From Chroococcales cyanobacterium (GTDB lineage: Bacteria; Cyanobacteriota; Cyanobacteriia; Cyanobacteriales; Microcoleaceae), in assembly GCA_038260455.1 (NCBI GenBank), contig JBBSNU010000001.1:1-59586 (forward strand): a stretch of 59,586 bases of DNA, given 5' to 3'. Positions within the stretch are counted from its first letter, which is position 1. The number at the start of each line of letters is the position of its first letter. Of this stretch, positions 38,996 through 49,337 are shown piece after piece. The notes under the pieces were generated by a model. It had not been told where the DNA came from. It did not search any database and was given only the letters and a program-made list of their open reading frames with translations. The translations under genes and the position numbers were made by a program.

Positions 38996-39202
38996 ATGAG
39001 ACGGCGGCTGGTGGCGGTTAATAGCCACCAGTTGCAGCAAATTGCCCAGTTATTGCGGTTTTTGGACGATCGCCCTGCGGTGGTGTTGACTGTGAAGTGC
39101 GATCGACAATTACGGGAAGTTCGCATTAATGTTGAGTGCTTCTCGATCGAAAAAATGTTTGAAATGTTAAAAAATGATAACAGGTGGGAGTTGTGGCTAT
39201 AA
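38996..39202 (+). CDS. Small hypothetical protein
   Basis: ATG 10 nt after the DUF1822 stop, same strand; no motif. Confidence 0.4.
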   Translation: MRRRLVAVNSHQLQQIAQLLRFLDDRPAVVLTVKCDRQLREVRINVECFSIEKMFEMLKNDNRWELWL

Positions 39203-39465
39203 AAATGTGAATGTTATGTTTTGCTACTCCTGTAGTTTTCAAATCAAGAAATGATTTTGCTAATATAGTAATTTTTAGGATATGTGGAGGGAAAAGAAGT
39301 TTGATGTCACTTCATAAATTAAGAAGTTTGCCAAGAAACCAGGTTTATCCTGTTTCATACAAGATTCAAAAAACCGATGTTCTTAATGTTTGAACAAAAG
39401 CAAACTTGCGAGTTCAGTGAATGTTTCACTAATTGCTTTTTTTATTGACGTGTTTGTAACTAAAT

Positions 39466-42399
39466 ATGCTTCAAAACTTCTCTGGTCAAAATCTTCAAAG
39501 GCGAAATTTTCAAGGTCAAAACCTCACGGGTGCGAACTTCTCTCACGCAGATCTTCGAGAGGCTAATTTTACAAGGGCTATTCTTCAAGAATCTAGTTTT
39601 AGTAATGCTGATATACGAGGGACAAACTTTACAAATGCCGATCTCACCAAATCAAAATTTAATGAAGCAATAGCTGGAATGAAGCTTTCATCGATTATTT
39701 TTCTGATGTTGGCAATAATAGTATCAATCACTGGTATGGGATTTGCTTTTGGGATTGGTGCATTTCTAATGGGAGGAATTTTAAACACGAATAATGTTCA
39801 GCAGTATTTACTACCTATAAAAGTTTTTGTATCTTTAGCTGCTATTATAGGAAGTTACATAATCCATCGAGGAGATCGGTTGGCGCAGGAAACAAACTGG
39901 GATATTAATAATGAAAGAAAATTAGCATTAAAAACTTCCCAATTTTTTATTGGTTTAGGAATTATTTTAGTTATTATATCAATTATTCTAAATATCAACA
40001 AACAGTTTGATTTCTTTGGAATTCTTATCATTGCTACTACTTTAGTTTATGGTTTTAGCTTTGTATTGGCTTTAGCTGTAGCAGGTGCATTAGCAATAGC
40101 CGGTCGCTTAGGAATTTTTGGAGTATTTGCAGGCACAATGTCTCTGTTAGGCGCTATATCAGTAATTTTGGTTGATAATAAGTTTTTGAATTTTGATGGT
40201 GCTAGATGTTTGTTGCTTACTTTGTCTTTAATAATTAGTTTATTCGGAACATTTCTTGGTTACAAATGTATAAATAATGCCAAACATCTAGAAAAATTTA
40301 AAATTATTATAATAGATTTGGTTGCTTTAGGTGGGACAAGTTTTCGTGGTTCTAACTTAACAGAAGCTGATTTTACTATGGCAACTCTTAGCAATACCGA
40401 TTTCCGAAGAGCAAATTTAACACGAACCTGTTGGTATTCAGCTAAGAAAATTGATGTCGCTAGGATTGACAGAACTATACTAGAGTCATCATCAGCGAGG
40501 AATTTACTGATTAATCCTGAAAAAGGAAACAATAAATCTTACATGGACGCTAATTTGCGGGGAGCATATTTAGTGGAAGCAAATTTATCAAATGCCAATC
40601 TAAGCGGAGCAGATATCAGTGATTCAAATTTTTCGGGAGCAAATTTAGAAGGGGCGAATTTGAGTTTAATTCAAGCAGTTAATGCTAACTTTAATCGAGT
40701 TCAAATGACAGGAGCTTGTTTGGAAGCGTGGAATATTGATAGTAGTACGAAACTGGAGAATGTCGATTGTCGATTTATTTATCTTTTAGAAAATCCAAAG
40801 CCTGGAAGCGATGGCCGCGAACGTCGTCCCAGCAGCGGCGAGTTTGCACCCGGAGAATTTACAAAACTCTTCCAAGAAGTTCTAACTACTGTTGATTTAA
40901 TCTTTCGCAACGGTGTTGACTGGAAAACTTTTAGCGAAACCTTCAAAAAAGTGCAGGTTGAGAATGAAGATACTGAACTAACTATCCAGAGTATTGAAAA
41001 TAAAGGCGATGGCGTTGTTGTTGTCAGAGTAAGCGTTCCTCCCAATACCAACAAAGAAAAGATTCATAGCGAATTTACCCAAAACTACGAACTTGCTCTG
41101 AAAGCTATAGAGGAAAAATATCAAGGAATCATCGCAGGTAAAGAAGGACAGATTGAAATCTATCGCCAGCAGTTGGGGTATGAACGCCAGAGACACAAGG
41201 AACAAAACGCAGATCTGAAAGAGATTATTAGTATGCTGTCTAGCAAACCTGCGAATGTTCCCGTTAATATTCGTGAAGTAGAAGCAATTTCCGAAGATAA
41301 ATTAAGAAATAATAACTTAGTTATACTTACGCTAGAAAATGGCGATTTTAAAAAAGGTTTTTCATCTGTCATAGCTCAAGTTTGGACTGAGGGTGAAAGA
41401 CTACCAACTCAACATACAGGTCAGTTGCCACCAGAACCAGAGATAGTTGAACTTTATCATCATTGGCAGTCAGAATATAACCGTTTCATTGCACATCTTA
41501 AACCAAGCCGGATGGATAAACAGCTAGGACAAGTAACCAATTTTGCTACTGTAGAAATGTCTAATTTAGCGAAAAAATTAGAAAAAAAACTGAATCAATG
41601 GCTTATATCAGAACAATTTATTCCGATCGATCGCATATTGCGCCAAAATTTCAACCCAGGTGACGAACTCCAAATCATCATTCAATCTCAAAACCCAGAT
41701 GTGCGAAAACTCCCCTGGCATCTGTGGGAATTTTTTAACTCATACCCCTACGCAGAAATAGCCTTAAGTGCGCCTTTTTATGACCGAGTAGAAAAAATAG
41801 CACGTCCGAGAAATGAAATTAGAATCTTATCGATATTGGGTGATAACAAAAACATAAATACCAATCCAGATAGAAAAATCATCTCAACTCTCGTTCCCAA
41901 AGCAAATTTTTTAGATAAACCAAATCGCCAACAGTTAGATACTCAATTGTGGTCAGAACAAGGTTGGGATATCCTGTGTTTCTCCGGTCACAGTTCCAGC
42001 ACAATGGATGGCAGCGAGGGTTATATTTGTATCAACGATACGGATAAACTAACAATTCCTGACCTCAAATATGCTCTCCGAACAGCGATCGCACGCGGTT
42101 TGCAAATCGCCATTTTCAACTCTTGCGACGGTTTAGGCCTAGCGCGTCAACTGGCCGAATTGCACATCCCACAAATAATCGTTTTCCGAGAACCCGTTCC
42201 CGATCGCGTCGCACAGGAATTCTTGAAAAACTTCCTCACCGCCTTCGCTGGTGGGAAATCCTCTTATCTGGCAGTACGAGAAGCAAGAGAAAAACTATAC
42301 CACCTAGAAAAAGACTTTCCCTGCGCCACTTGGCTACCAGTCATCTGTCAAAACCCCGCCGAAGTGCCGCCCACATGGCGATCGCTCCAGCATCCCTAA
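39466..42399 (+). CDS. Pentapeptide-repeat membrane protein fused to C-terminal CHAT protease
   Basis: A(D/N)Lxx repeats, about 6 TM helices, GACLEAWNID...RRPSSGEFAPGEF block, coiled coil, WDILCFSGHS and IFNSCDGLG. Confidence 0.9.
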   Translation: MLQNFSGQNLQRRNFQGQNLTGANFSHADLREANFTRAILQESSFSNADIRGTNFTNADLTKSKFNEAIAGMKLSSIIFLMLAIIVSITGMGFAFGIGAFLMGGILNTNNVQQYLLPIKVFVSLAAIIGSYIIHRGDRLAQETNWDINNERKLALKTSQFFIGLGIILVIISIILNINKQFDFFGILIIATTLVYGFSFVLALAVAGALAIAGRLGIFGVFAGTMSLLGAISVILVDNKFLNFDGARCLLLTLSLIISLFGTFLGYKCINNAKHLEKFKIIIIDLVALGGTSFRGSNLTEADFTMATLSNTDFRRANLTRTCWYSAKKIDVARIDRTILESSSARNLLINPEKGNNKSYMDANLRGAYLVEANLSNANLSGADISDSNFSGANLEGANLSLIQAVNANFNRVQMTGACLEAWNIDSSTKLENVDCRFIYLLENPKPGSDGRERRPSSGEFAPGEFTKLFQEVLTTVDLIFRNGVDWKTFSETFKKVQVENEDTELTIQSIENKGDGVVVVRVSVPPNTNKEKIHSEFTQNYELALKAIEEKYQGIIAGKEGQIEIYRQQLGYERQRHKEQNADLKEIISMLSSKPANVPVNIREVEAISEDKLRNNNLVILTLENGDFKKGFSSVIAQVWTEGERLPTQHTGQLPPEPEIVELYHHWQSEYNRFIAHLKPSRMDKQLGQVTNFATVEMSNLAKKLEKKLNQWLISEQFIPIDRILRQNFNPGDELQIIIQSQNPDVRKLPWHLWEFFNSYPYAEIALSAPFYDRVEKIARPRNEIRILSILGDNKNINTNPDRKIISTLVPKANFLDKPNRQQLDTQLWSEQGWDILCFSGHSSSTMDGSEGYICINDTDKLTIPDLKYALRTAIARGLQIAIFNSCDGLGLARQLAELHIPQIIVFREPVPDRVAQEFLKNFLTAFAGGKSSYLAVREAREKLYHLEKDFPCATWLPVICQNPAEVPPTWRSLQHP

Positions 42400-42430
42400 C
42401 TCCCCACACCTGACATCTTGCACCAATATC

Positions 42431-42496
42431 AGAAACCGGGTTTCTGGGAAAGACTCTGCAACAAAGCCCTTATTTATCGTCAGAGACCCGGTTTCT
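42431..42496. repeat. AGAAACCGGG-type intergenic inverted-repeat element
   Basis: AGAAACCGGGTTTCT ... AGAGACCCGGTTTCT. Confidence 0.8.
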
Positions 42497-42551
42497 TGAT
42501 ACTTCTTGAGAATGCTGCAAGATGTCAGCCCGCACGACTTTCCCAGAAAAC

Positions 42552-42580
42552 TGCATAAAATTCCCAAGCCGCCACGAGAA
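42552..42580 (+). promoter_or_regulatory. Putative alternative-sigma promoter, copy 6
   Basis: TGCATAA-N16-CGAGAA upstream of 42620. Confidence 0.6.
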
Positions 42581-42619
42581 AGATATAGCAAACAACAACA
42601 CCCCCTCAACGAGGTTCTC

Positions 42620-43168
42620 ATGGCCGCCACTCTCAACCAAATTGCTCAGTATCTCGACAACCGCGACTGGAAATACGACTCTCAACCCGAAAACTCCCGC
42701 ATCATCACCGGAGTTAAAGCCGAGTCCGTTGACCGATTGGCGATCGCAATTAGCCTCAAAGAAAACGGCGAATACCTAGAATTAGCCGCCCCCAACCTCC
42801 TCCACGTCAAAAGCCACGTCTACAAAGGCGTACTCTTTCAAACCATGCTCGCTATTTCCTGGGAAACAAAAATGATTCGCTGGGAATATGACCCCCTAGA
42901 CGGCGAAATTCGCGCTTCCATCGCCTTTCCCCTCGAAGACGCACCCCTTACCAAACCACAATTCGATCGCGCTTTGAGCGGCTTAATTCACATTGTTGAC
43001 TCCCTATCTATGCCGCGACTCCAAGCAGTGCTCGCCACCGGCATCGATCCAGGAGAAAAAGAATTAGGCGAAAAATTGCTGGAGACTTTGCAGGAAATTC
43101 TGCCCGACGGTTCCCTGAAAATGTTGCAAGATGCGATCGTCGCCCGCAAACAGCGAGGCACTATTTAA
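42620..43168 (+). CDS. YbjN / type III secretion chaperone-like protein (paralog 2)
   Basis: LKENGEYLEL, KMIRWEYDPLDGEIRASIAFPLED; start MAATL with GAGG RBS. Confidence 0.75.
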   Translation: MAATLNQIAQYLDNRDWKYDSQPENSRIITGVKAESVDRLAIAISLKENGEYLELAAPNLLHVKSHVYKGVLFQTMLAISWETKMIRWEYDPLDGEIRASIAFPLEDAPLTKPQFDRALSGLIHIVDSLSMPRLQAVLATGIDPGEKELGEKLLETLQEILPDGSLKMLQDAIVARKQRGTI

Positions 43169-43172
43169 ATGT

Positions 43173-43201
43173 TGCATAAATCGTTGCACCTGTAGCGATT
43201 A
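43173..43201 (+). promoter_or_regulatory. Putative alternative-sigma promoter, copy 7 (in front of a sigma-like gene)
   Basis: TGCATAA-N16-CGATTA upstream of 43238. Confidence 0.7.
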
Positions 43202-43237
43202 CAAATTATCAACCGTTTACTTGGGAGTTACCTCCAC

Positions 43238-44842
43238 ATGAGCATATCGAAATTTTGCAGGTTCTTTCGCGGCCCTAATTGGGTGACAGACAAACGATTA
43301 GAAGAAAATTTAGACTACTTACAGAAGCAAGGCCGCGATCTGAATGATGAAATCGGCTTGCTGCGATATTTCTGTGAAGCTGTCCTGCTGCATTCAGACT
43401 CCTTAGCATTGCGACATTTATCGGCTTATTTGGAATCAGCTTGTGTATCTGCGGCTTGGAAACTCCACCAAAAAGATAACACACAAGAGTACACTTTGTT
43501 GGACTTTGTACAAATAGCCAGACTTCGCTTGTCAGAACCCACACTGATTAAAAATCAACAGGGCGTTGAACGAGAAGTTCCTTATTTTGTCAGTTTGTGT
43601 TTGAAGTATGACCCCGCTCAAGGTAAAATCACGACTTACGCCTATTTGAAACTTCGTTCTGCGATTGTATCAAAGGTGTACAAAAATCAGCAAACCCAAC
43701 GATTATCCGGTTGGGCTTTGTTGAAAAAAACTGGAAAATCAACTCTCACAACCGCCTTAAAACAAGGTGGAACTCCTGATGCCAAAATTAAACGTTGCTT
43801 AAATTGCTTGCAAGCATTTCATGCAGTTTACGGTAAATTCACCGTTGGTAAAAATTGTATATTGACTGAACCAACCGAAGCACAATGGATGGCAATCTGT
43901 CAATATTTATATGAACAAAATTTAGCGGTGAATCTTCCCGAAGTGAAGAATCTGTTAAACACCTGCGTTGAGGTATTGCGAGCTCGTGATAAAATCCAAA
44001 TCACCGCCTTGGATGGCGTGGATGAGACAGCGCAGGAAAGGCAACAATTAGAAATTGTTGAACAGTGGGAAACTCAACTGTTAGACTCGGAAGAAAAACA
44101 GGAGTTATTGACACAGGATGAAGAATTGATGGATTGTGTAGGAAGGGCGATCGCGACAATTCCTAAAAAGAAACCTCAAAAAGGTAAACTATCGATCGAT
44201 CCGCGCCAAGTCCTAATTTTATCTTACGCTTTACCCGGATTAACCGAGACTAAAATCGCTGCTTTGTTTGCGGTAAATCAATCAACCATTTCTCGTTATT
44301 TACACGGATACAAAACCTCGATTCTCAAAAGTTTGGCTGGCTGGCTTCATAGTGAACGAGGTTGGGAATTAACGACACAAAAAATTGATACTCTGTCTGA
44401 ACAATTAGAATTTTGGTTAAAATCCTATTGCAGAAGTCGGGTTGTCTACTGTTTTTTGCGGCAAGGTTTGAAATATCATCCTGAGTTGAGAAACAATCTG
44501 AACTTATTGTCAAATCATTTTGGCAATTTACCCGAAAAAACTTGGGCTAAAGCCAACAGTTTAGAACGGTATTTCAAGCCATCAGAATTAAGTGAGCAAT
44601 TGTCTTACTTAAATCAAGCGGCGCGTCCACAGTGCACAGAAATGCCAGATCAAGCTAAGTTGGAAGCCGCCAAAGCTAAGTTACATCAACAATTAACAAT
44701 TTGGCTGCAACAAACTTTGGGTTTAAAGGACTGTGATTTAAGTGCGATCGCTCGCCCTTCGAGTTTATTGATTGACTGTTTTCTGTATCAAGCTGACTAC
44801 GCCCTTTTACAACAAGAACGGAGATCAAACCATGCTATCTAG
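43238..44842 (+). CDS. Large divergent sigma-70-like (HetZ-related) protein
   Basis: HLSAYLESAC, region-2-like KYDPAQGKITTYAY, SGWALLK, region-4 HTH LTETKIAALFAVNQSTISRY; overlaps the DUF1822 start. Confidence 0.75.
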   Translation: MSISKFCRFFRGPNWVTDKRLEENLDYLQKQGRDLNDEIGLLRYFCEAVLLHSDSLALRHLSAYLESACVSAAWKLHQKDNTQEYTLLDFVQIARLRLSEPTLIKNQQGVEREVPYFVSLCLKYDPAQGKITTYAYLKLRSAIVSKVYKNQQTQRLSGWALLKKTGKSTLTTALKQGGTPDAKIKRCLNCLQAFHAVYGKFTVGKNCILTEPTEAQWMAICQYLYEQNLAVNLPEVKNLLNTCVEVLRARDKIQITALDGVDETAQERQQLEIVEQWETQLLDSEEKQELLTQDEELMDCVGRAIATIPKKKPQKGKLSIDPRQVLILSYALPGLTETKIAALFAVNQSTISRYLHGYKTSILKSLAGWLHSERGWELTTQKIDTLSEQLEFWLKSYCRSRVVYCFLRQGLKYHPELRNNLNLLSNHFGNLPEKTWAKANSLERYFKPSELSEQLSYLNQAARPQCTEMPDQAKLEAAKAKLHQQLTIWLQQTLGLKDCDLSAIARPSSLLIDCFLYQADYALLQQERRSNHAI

Positions 44843-46031
44843 CTTAGAACAATTACGACTCGCTTTTCCAAATCATTTATGGGTTGAGTTGACATCGGAA
44901 GAGTTGCGTAAATCTTTGCCATCTGCTGAAAAATTTTCCCACGAAGCAGCGGTTTATCGTGCTTATTTGAATCAGCTTTGTATCGATTATTTATTACCAT
45001 TATTTCCTGAAATTGCCAATGTGGAAGCATCACCGAAGATTGCCGCCCCATCCCAGAGGAATAGTTTGTGGGAATTGATTAATGGAACTGCGATCGAATT
45101 TTGCGGTCATCGTTTGATTATTATTCCCAGTGAAAGCATTGATGTGGATGAATTTGTCATTGAACAAGAATGGGTAGATATTCCCGAATTAGCCGGGGAT
45201 TATTATTTGGCGGTGCAGGTAAATTTAGAGGATGGATGGTTGCGAGTGTGCGGTTTTACCACCCATCGGAAGCTGAAAACAGAGGGGAGATATGATACGG
45301 GCGATCGCACTTATGCTCTAGATTCAGAGGAATTATTTGAAAATATCAATACTCTGTGGGTTTCCCAGGAACTTTGTAAGGCCGAAAAAGCAGAGATTCC
45401 ACCGTTACCAAGTTTATCTAGCAGCCAAGTAGAAAGGTTAATGGCAGAATTAGCTAAACCTTCACTTTATTCCCCGCGTTTGAAAGTGCCTTTTCCCCAG
45501 TGGGCGGCGCTTGTAGCTGCTGATAATTGGCGGCAGCAACTTTATAATCGCCGTATTGGCAAAGAATCGGTGGTGGAAAAATTGGTAAATTTGAGTCAGA
45601 ATATTTTTTCAGAATTGTGGTTGATGGCGAATGAATTGGTGCTAAGCTATGGGATTAATCTGGCTGTAGCGAGGAGTGGATCTCGTTCTGGAGACGCTGA
45701 GGGCGATCGACCTTTTCAAATGCGGGGAAGAATGATTGATTTGGGAATTCAATTATTTGGTAAACCTGTAGCATTAATTGTCTATTTCACACCAGAATCG
45801 GAGAATAAATGGAATATCCTTTTGCAGATTAAACCCGGTGGGGGGCAAACGTACTTGCCGCCAGATGTGGAACTGATTGTGTTGGATGATACTGGTGAGG
45901 TGTTTCTGGAAGCGCGATCTAGAAGTGCGGATAATTGGATTCAGTTGGAGTTTCGGGGTGAGCCTAGGGAACGGTTCAGTGTTAAAGTGGCTTTAGGTGA
46001 TGCCAATATTATTGAAAATTTCGTTATCTAA
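44832..46031 (+). CDS. DUF1822 family protein
   Basis: RAYLNQLC, QEWVDIPELAGDYYLAVQV, SPRL; C-terminus SRSADNWIQLEFRGEPRERFSVKVALGD...FVI. Start MLSS with GGAG RBS. Confidence 0.88.
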   Translation: MLSSLEQLRLAFPNHLWVELTSEELRKSLPSAEKFSHEAAVYRAYLNQLCIDYLLPLFPEIANVEASPKIAAPSQRNSLWELINGTAIEFCGHRLIIIPSESIDVDEFVIEQEWVDIPELAGDYYLAVQVNLEDGWLRVCGFTTHRKLKTEGRYDTGDRTYALDSEELFENINTLWVSQELCKAEKAEIPPLPSLSSSQVERLMAELAKPSLYSPRLKVPFPQWAALVAADNWRQQLYNRRIGKESVVEKLVNLSQNIFSELWLMANELVLSYGINLAVARSGSRSGDAEGDRPFQMRGRMIDLGIQLFGKPVALIVYFTPESENKWNILLQIKPGGGQTYLPPDVELIVLDDTGEVFLEARSRSADNWIQLEFRGEPRERFSVKVALGDANIIENFVI

Positions 46032-46052
46032 GCAAAGGAAAAATAGCAAGCT

Positions 46053-49001
46053 ATGGGTAAGTTAGTTGTCCTGATTGTTGGAGAAGGAAATTTTCAGCAA
46101 GGTTTTCCAGTCACGTTAGAAATTGGAGAAGAGGGCGATCGCCCTTTTCTTAAAATCACTGGATATCTGCCGCAAAATATAAGCATTGCTAACTTATATA
46201 GTAGTTGGCAGTCAAAGTATCATAGCCATATCAATAACGGACTAAGATTAGAAAAACCCAAAGAGCAAAAGTCTAATAGCTCAAATGATGAAATCAAAGA
46301 AAAAGCTAATGATTTGAGTGCAAATTTAAATTTTTGGCTGGGAACGCAGCAGTTTAGCCAGATTCGAGAAGAGTTGCTAACCAATCTTAAACCAGATGAC
46401 GAAATACGGTTTATCATTCAAACATCAAACATTCAGCTACGGCAACTACCCTGGCATATTTGGGATTTATTTAAGGACTATCCCTTGGCAGAAGTTGCCT
46501 TGAGTGTAGCAAATTACGGTCAAGTATCCTCACCTAAAACTTCCACAAATAAAGTCAGAATTTTAGCTGTTTTGGGTAATAGCAATGGGATTAATATTCA
46601 AAAAGACCGAGCTTTGCTAGACAAATTACCCAGTGCCGAAACTAAATTCTTATCTGAACCAAAGCAGCAAGAAATCACTGACCATCTGTTGAAGCATTCC
46701 TGGGATATTTTATTCTTTGCCGGTCACAGTCAAACAGAAGGAGAAAAGGGACGAATATTTATTAACAACAATAACGACAGCTTAACCATTAGCCAGTTAA
46801 AAAATGCACTAACAAAAGCGATTAGAAAAGGTCTAAAACTAGCTATTTTTAACTCTTGTGATGGATTGGGTTTAGCACAGGAACTAGCTGATTTGCAAAT
46901 TCCTCAAATCATTGTCATGCGAGAGCCTGTTCCTGACCCAGTAGCTCAGGAATTTTTAAAATATTTTCTAGCGGCTTTTGCAGATGGTAAATCTCTATAT
47001 CTATCAGTCAAAGAAGCACGAGAAAATTTACAAAAATTAGAACAAAATTGGCCTGGTATTTCTTGGTTGCCGATTATTTGCCAAAATCCGAGTCAATTAA
47101 TGCCAAATTGGGATAAGTTACGCACTGCTTCAAGTACGAGAACTCGTTCAACAATCTGGAATACAAAACGCTCTCCTCAAAAATTAGGCAATCGAAATGA
47201 CTTACTAGAAAAAGTAAAAAACGAAGTGGAAAATCGTTGGAAACAGTCACTGTACAATCAAGTAGTTATTCAATTACCAAAGGAACAGCAGCCCAAACAA
47301 GTACAACGACCTTGGGATGTAGAGGTCAAACTCAGTCATCTACCGAATCAAGTATTGGCTCCAGGAAAAGAATTAATAGATGTTTTAAAGCAGGGTAATA
47401 TCGCTGGAAAGTTATTAATTATAGGCGATCCAGGAAGCGGTAAAACGACAACTCTCTTAGAACTAGCAAAGCAGCTAATTACCCAGGCTGAAAACGATAC
47501 AGATGAGCCAATTCCTATTTTGTTAAACCTCTCATCCTGGAAAGATGAAAACCAATCTTTTACTAAATGGCTGATTGCTGAACTTGTCTCGAAATATCAT
47601 GTCAGTATAAATATTGCTCAATCGTGGTTAGAAAATCGGCAGATTTTGCCACTTCTTGACGGTTTAGACGAATTAGAAACAATCCCCCAAGAACGCTGTG
47701 TAGAGCAGATTAATCAATTGCTAGAAAGTCCCTATCGCCCCCGTGGTTTGGTTGTATGCAGTCGCGAGAAAGGATACGAATTTATTAACACCAAGCTCAA
47801 ACTGAACGGGGCAATCTGTTTGCAACCGGTAGCTAAGGCAGAAATTCAAAAATATTTCACAGATGTCAGAGGTCAAAACTTATGGGAAACAATTAAAGAA
47901 TATGACGCTTTCTTGAAAATATTAGAGTCTCCACTAATGTTGAATCTTATGGCGTTAGTAGGTCAGGAAATAGCGCTTGAAGATGATGTACAATTTAAGT
48001 CCACTAAAGAACTAGAAGATAGTTTGTTGAATGCTTACATTCAGCAAATGCTAAAACGGGAGATTACAAATGTATCCTATTCTCATCAAACAGAGCCATC
48101 CGCTAAAAAAACTCAGGACTGGTTAACATGGCTAGCTAACAAATATCAAGACGACTCTCAGACAGAGTTTTCAGGATTTTCGCTGGAGCAAATGCAGCCA
48201 TCTTGGTTGCCGAATCGTTATAAACAGATTTATGCTTTGGGAGTCGGACTAAATTTTGGTTTAAGTTTGGCGCTGATTGTTGGTAGCATTGTCTGGTTAA
48301 CTGTTGGCATACTTTTTGAGCCATTTTGGGGAATGGTTCTGGTTTTGGCGATCGCGCTTTTTGTAATTATACCCTCCAGCCTGTGGGCTTTTTTAACAGT
48401 TGGACAAGCTGAAAAAATAGAACCTGTAGAAACCCTAATTTTTTCACCCAAAAAGTTATTCAAGTCTTTAGTTGGAGGTCTGATAGCTGGACTAATTACT
48501 TGGAAATTGTCAGGAATGATGGTTTTCTCGATAGTTGGAATCCTCGTTGGATTGATTTATGGAGTGAGTGGTTCTAATCTTGAAAAAATAAAAATTCCCA
48601 ACCAAGGCATTTGGCAATCAGTCAAAAATGCAAGTTTATTTGCACTGATAGGCGCAATCAGTATGGCTATACCCGCTGCTATTCTGAGCCCACAGCTTCT
48701 GGCAATGATAGTCGAATCATCGGTTCTACAAAATAGAATTGGGACTACAAATATTGTTTTATCTGCCATTATTGTTGGCGGAGCTTTTGGATTAACTCAA
48801 GCAGGGATGGCTGGCATTCAACACTTCACCTTGCGCTTAATTCTTTGGTACAAGGGATATATGCCTTGGAACTATGCTCGTTTTCTCAACTATGCCACCG
48901 AACGAAGATTTTTGCAGCGAGTTGGCGGACGTTATCAATTCATTCATAAGTTATTACAAGTTCATTTGGCTACATGGGAACCTGATTTAGGGAAAAAGTA
49001 A
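46053..49001 (+). CDS. CHAT protease + NACHT NTPase + C-terminal TM helices
   Basis: FAGHS and NSCDG; Walker A GDPGSGKT, Walker B LLDGLDE; about 6 TM; NYARFLNYATERRFLQRVGGRYQFIH tail. Confidence 0.92.
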   Translation: MGKLVVLIVGEGNFQQGFPVTLEIGEEGDRPFLKITGYLPQNISIANLYSSWQSKYHSHINNGLRLEKPKEQKSNSSNDEIKEKANDLSANLNFWLGTQQFSQIREELLTNLKPDDEIRFIIQTSNIQLRQLPWHIWDLFKDYPLAEVALSVANYGQVSSPKTSTNKVRILAVLGNSNGINIQKDRALLDKLPSAETKFLSEPKQQEITDHLLKHSWDILFFAGHSQTEGEKGRIFINNNNDSLTISQLKNALTKAIRKGLKLAIFNSCDGLGLAQELADLQIPQIIVMREPVPDPVAQEFLKYFLAAFADGKSLYLSVKEARENLQKLEQNWPGISWLPIICQNPSQLMPNWDKLRTASSTRTRSTIWNTKRSPQKLGNRNDLLEKVKNEVENRWKQSLYNQVVIQLPKEQQPKQVQRPWDVEVKLSHLPNQVLAPGKELIDVLKQGNIAGKLLIIGDPGSGKTTTLLELAKQLITQAENDTDEPIPILLNLSSWKDENQSFTKWLIAELVSKYHVSINIAQSWLENRQILPLLDGLDELETIPQERCVEQINQLLESPYRPRGLVVCSREKGYEFINTKLKLNGAICLQPVAKAEIQKYFTDVRGQNLWETIKEYDAFLKILESPLMLNLMALVGQEIALEDDVQFKSTKELEDSLLNAYIQQMLKREITNVSYSHQTEPSAKKTQDWLTWLANKYQDDSQTEFSGFSLEQMQPSWLPNRYKQIYALGVGLNFGLSLALIVGSIVWLTVGILFEPFWGMVLVLAIALFVIIPSSLWAFLTVGQAEKIEPVETLIFSPKKLFKSLVGGLIAGLITWKLSGMMVFSIVGILVGLIYGVSGSNLEKIKIPNQGIWQSVKNASLFALIGAISMAIPAAILSPQLLAMIVESSVLQNRIGTTNIVLSAIIVGGAFGLTQAGMAGIQHFTLRLILWYKGYMPWNYARFLNYATERRFLQRVGGRYQFIHKLLQVHLATWEPDLGKK

Positions 49002-49007
49002 GTTATC

Positions 49008-49337
49008 TTACCCCACTGCAAAATCAGTAAATTGACCTACATAAGGAGCTTTAAAAGCTAAAACAATATCCTCTTTAGGAACTCCAGCAGCTACCAACTC
49101 ATTCGCCACTCCTGCTTCGGTTCTATCCCTTTGAATCCAAATTTTTTCTTTTTTTATATCAACGTGAATTGCACAACCGTAAACCCGTTTTTGCTCCTCC
49201 CAGCCCAAATGAAGCACTTGATAATGCTCCCGTTCCGTATCAAAAACTAATTGTACTTCTGTCTCAGTATCTAGGTCATTCCCTGAGTGTTGAGATAGAA
49301 TTGTTTGGACTAATTCTCCGTAATTTATTCTTTCCAT
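49008..49337 (-). CDS. xisI: XisI-family protein
   Basis: FDTEREHYQV, GW, HVDIKKEKIWIQRDRTE, LVAAGVPKEDIVLAF. Confidence 0.9.
   Translation of the reverse strand: MERINYGELVQTILSQHSGNDLDTETEVQLVFDTEREHYQVLHLGWEEQKRVYGCAIHVDIKKEKIWIQRDRTEAGVANELVAAGVPKEDIVLAFKAPYVGQFTDFAVG

Noticed and set aside
36974-44842. Assigning gene symbols hetZ, patU or hetF
   Set aside because: Only family-level resemblance; orthology cannot be established from the sequence alone.
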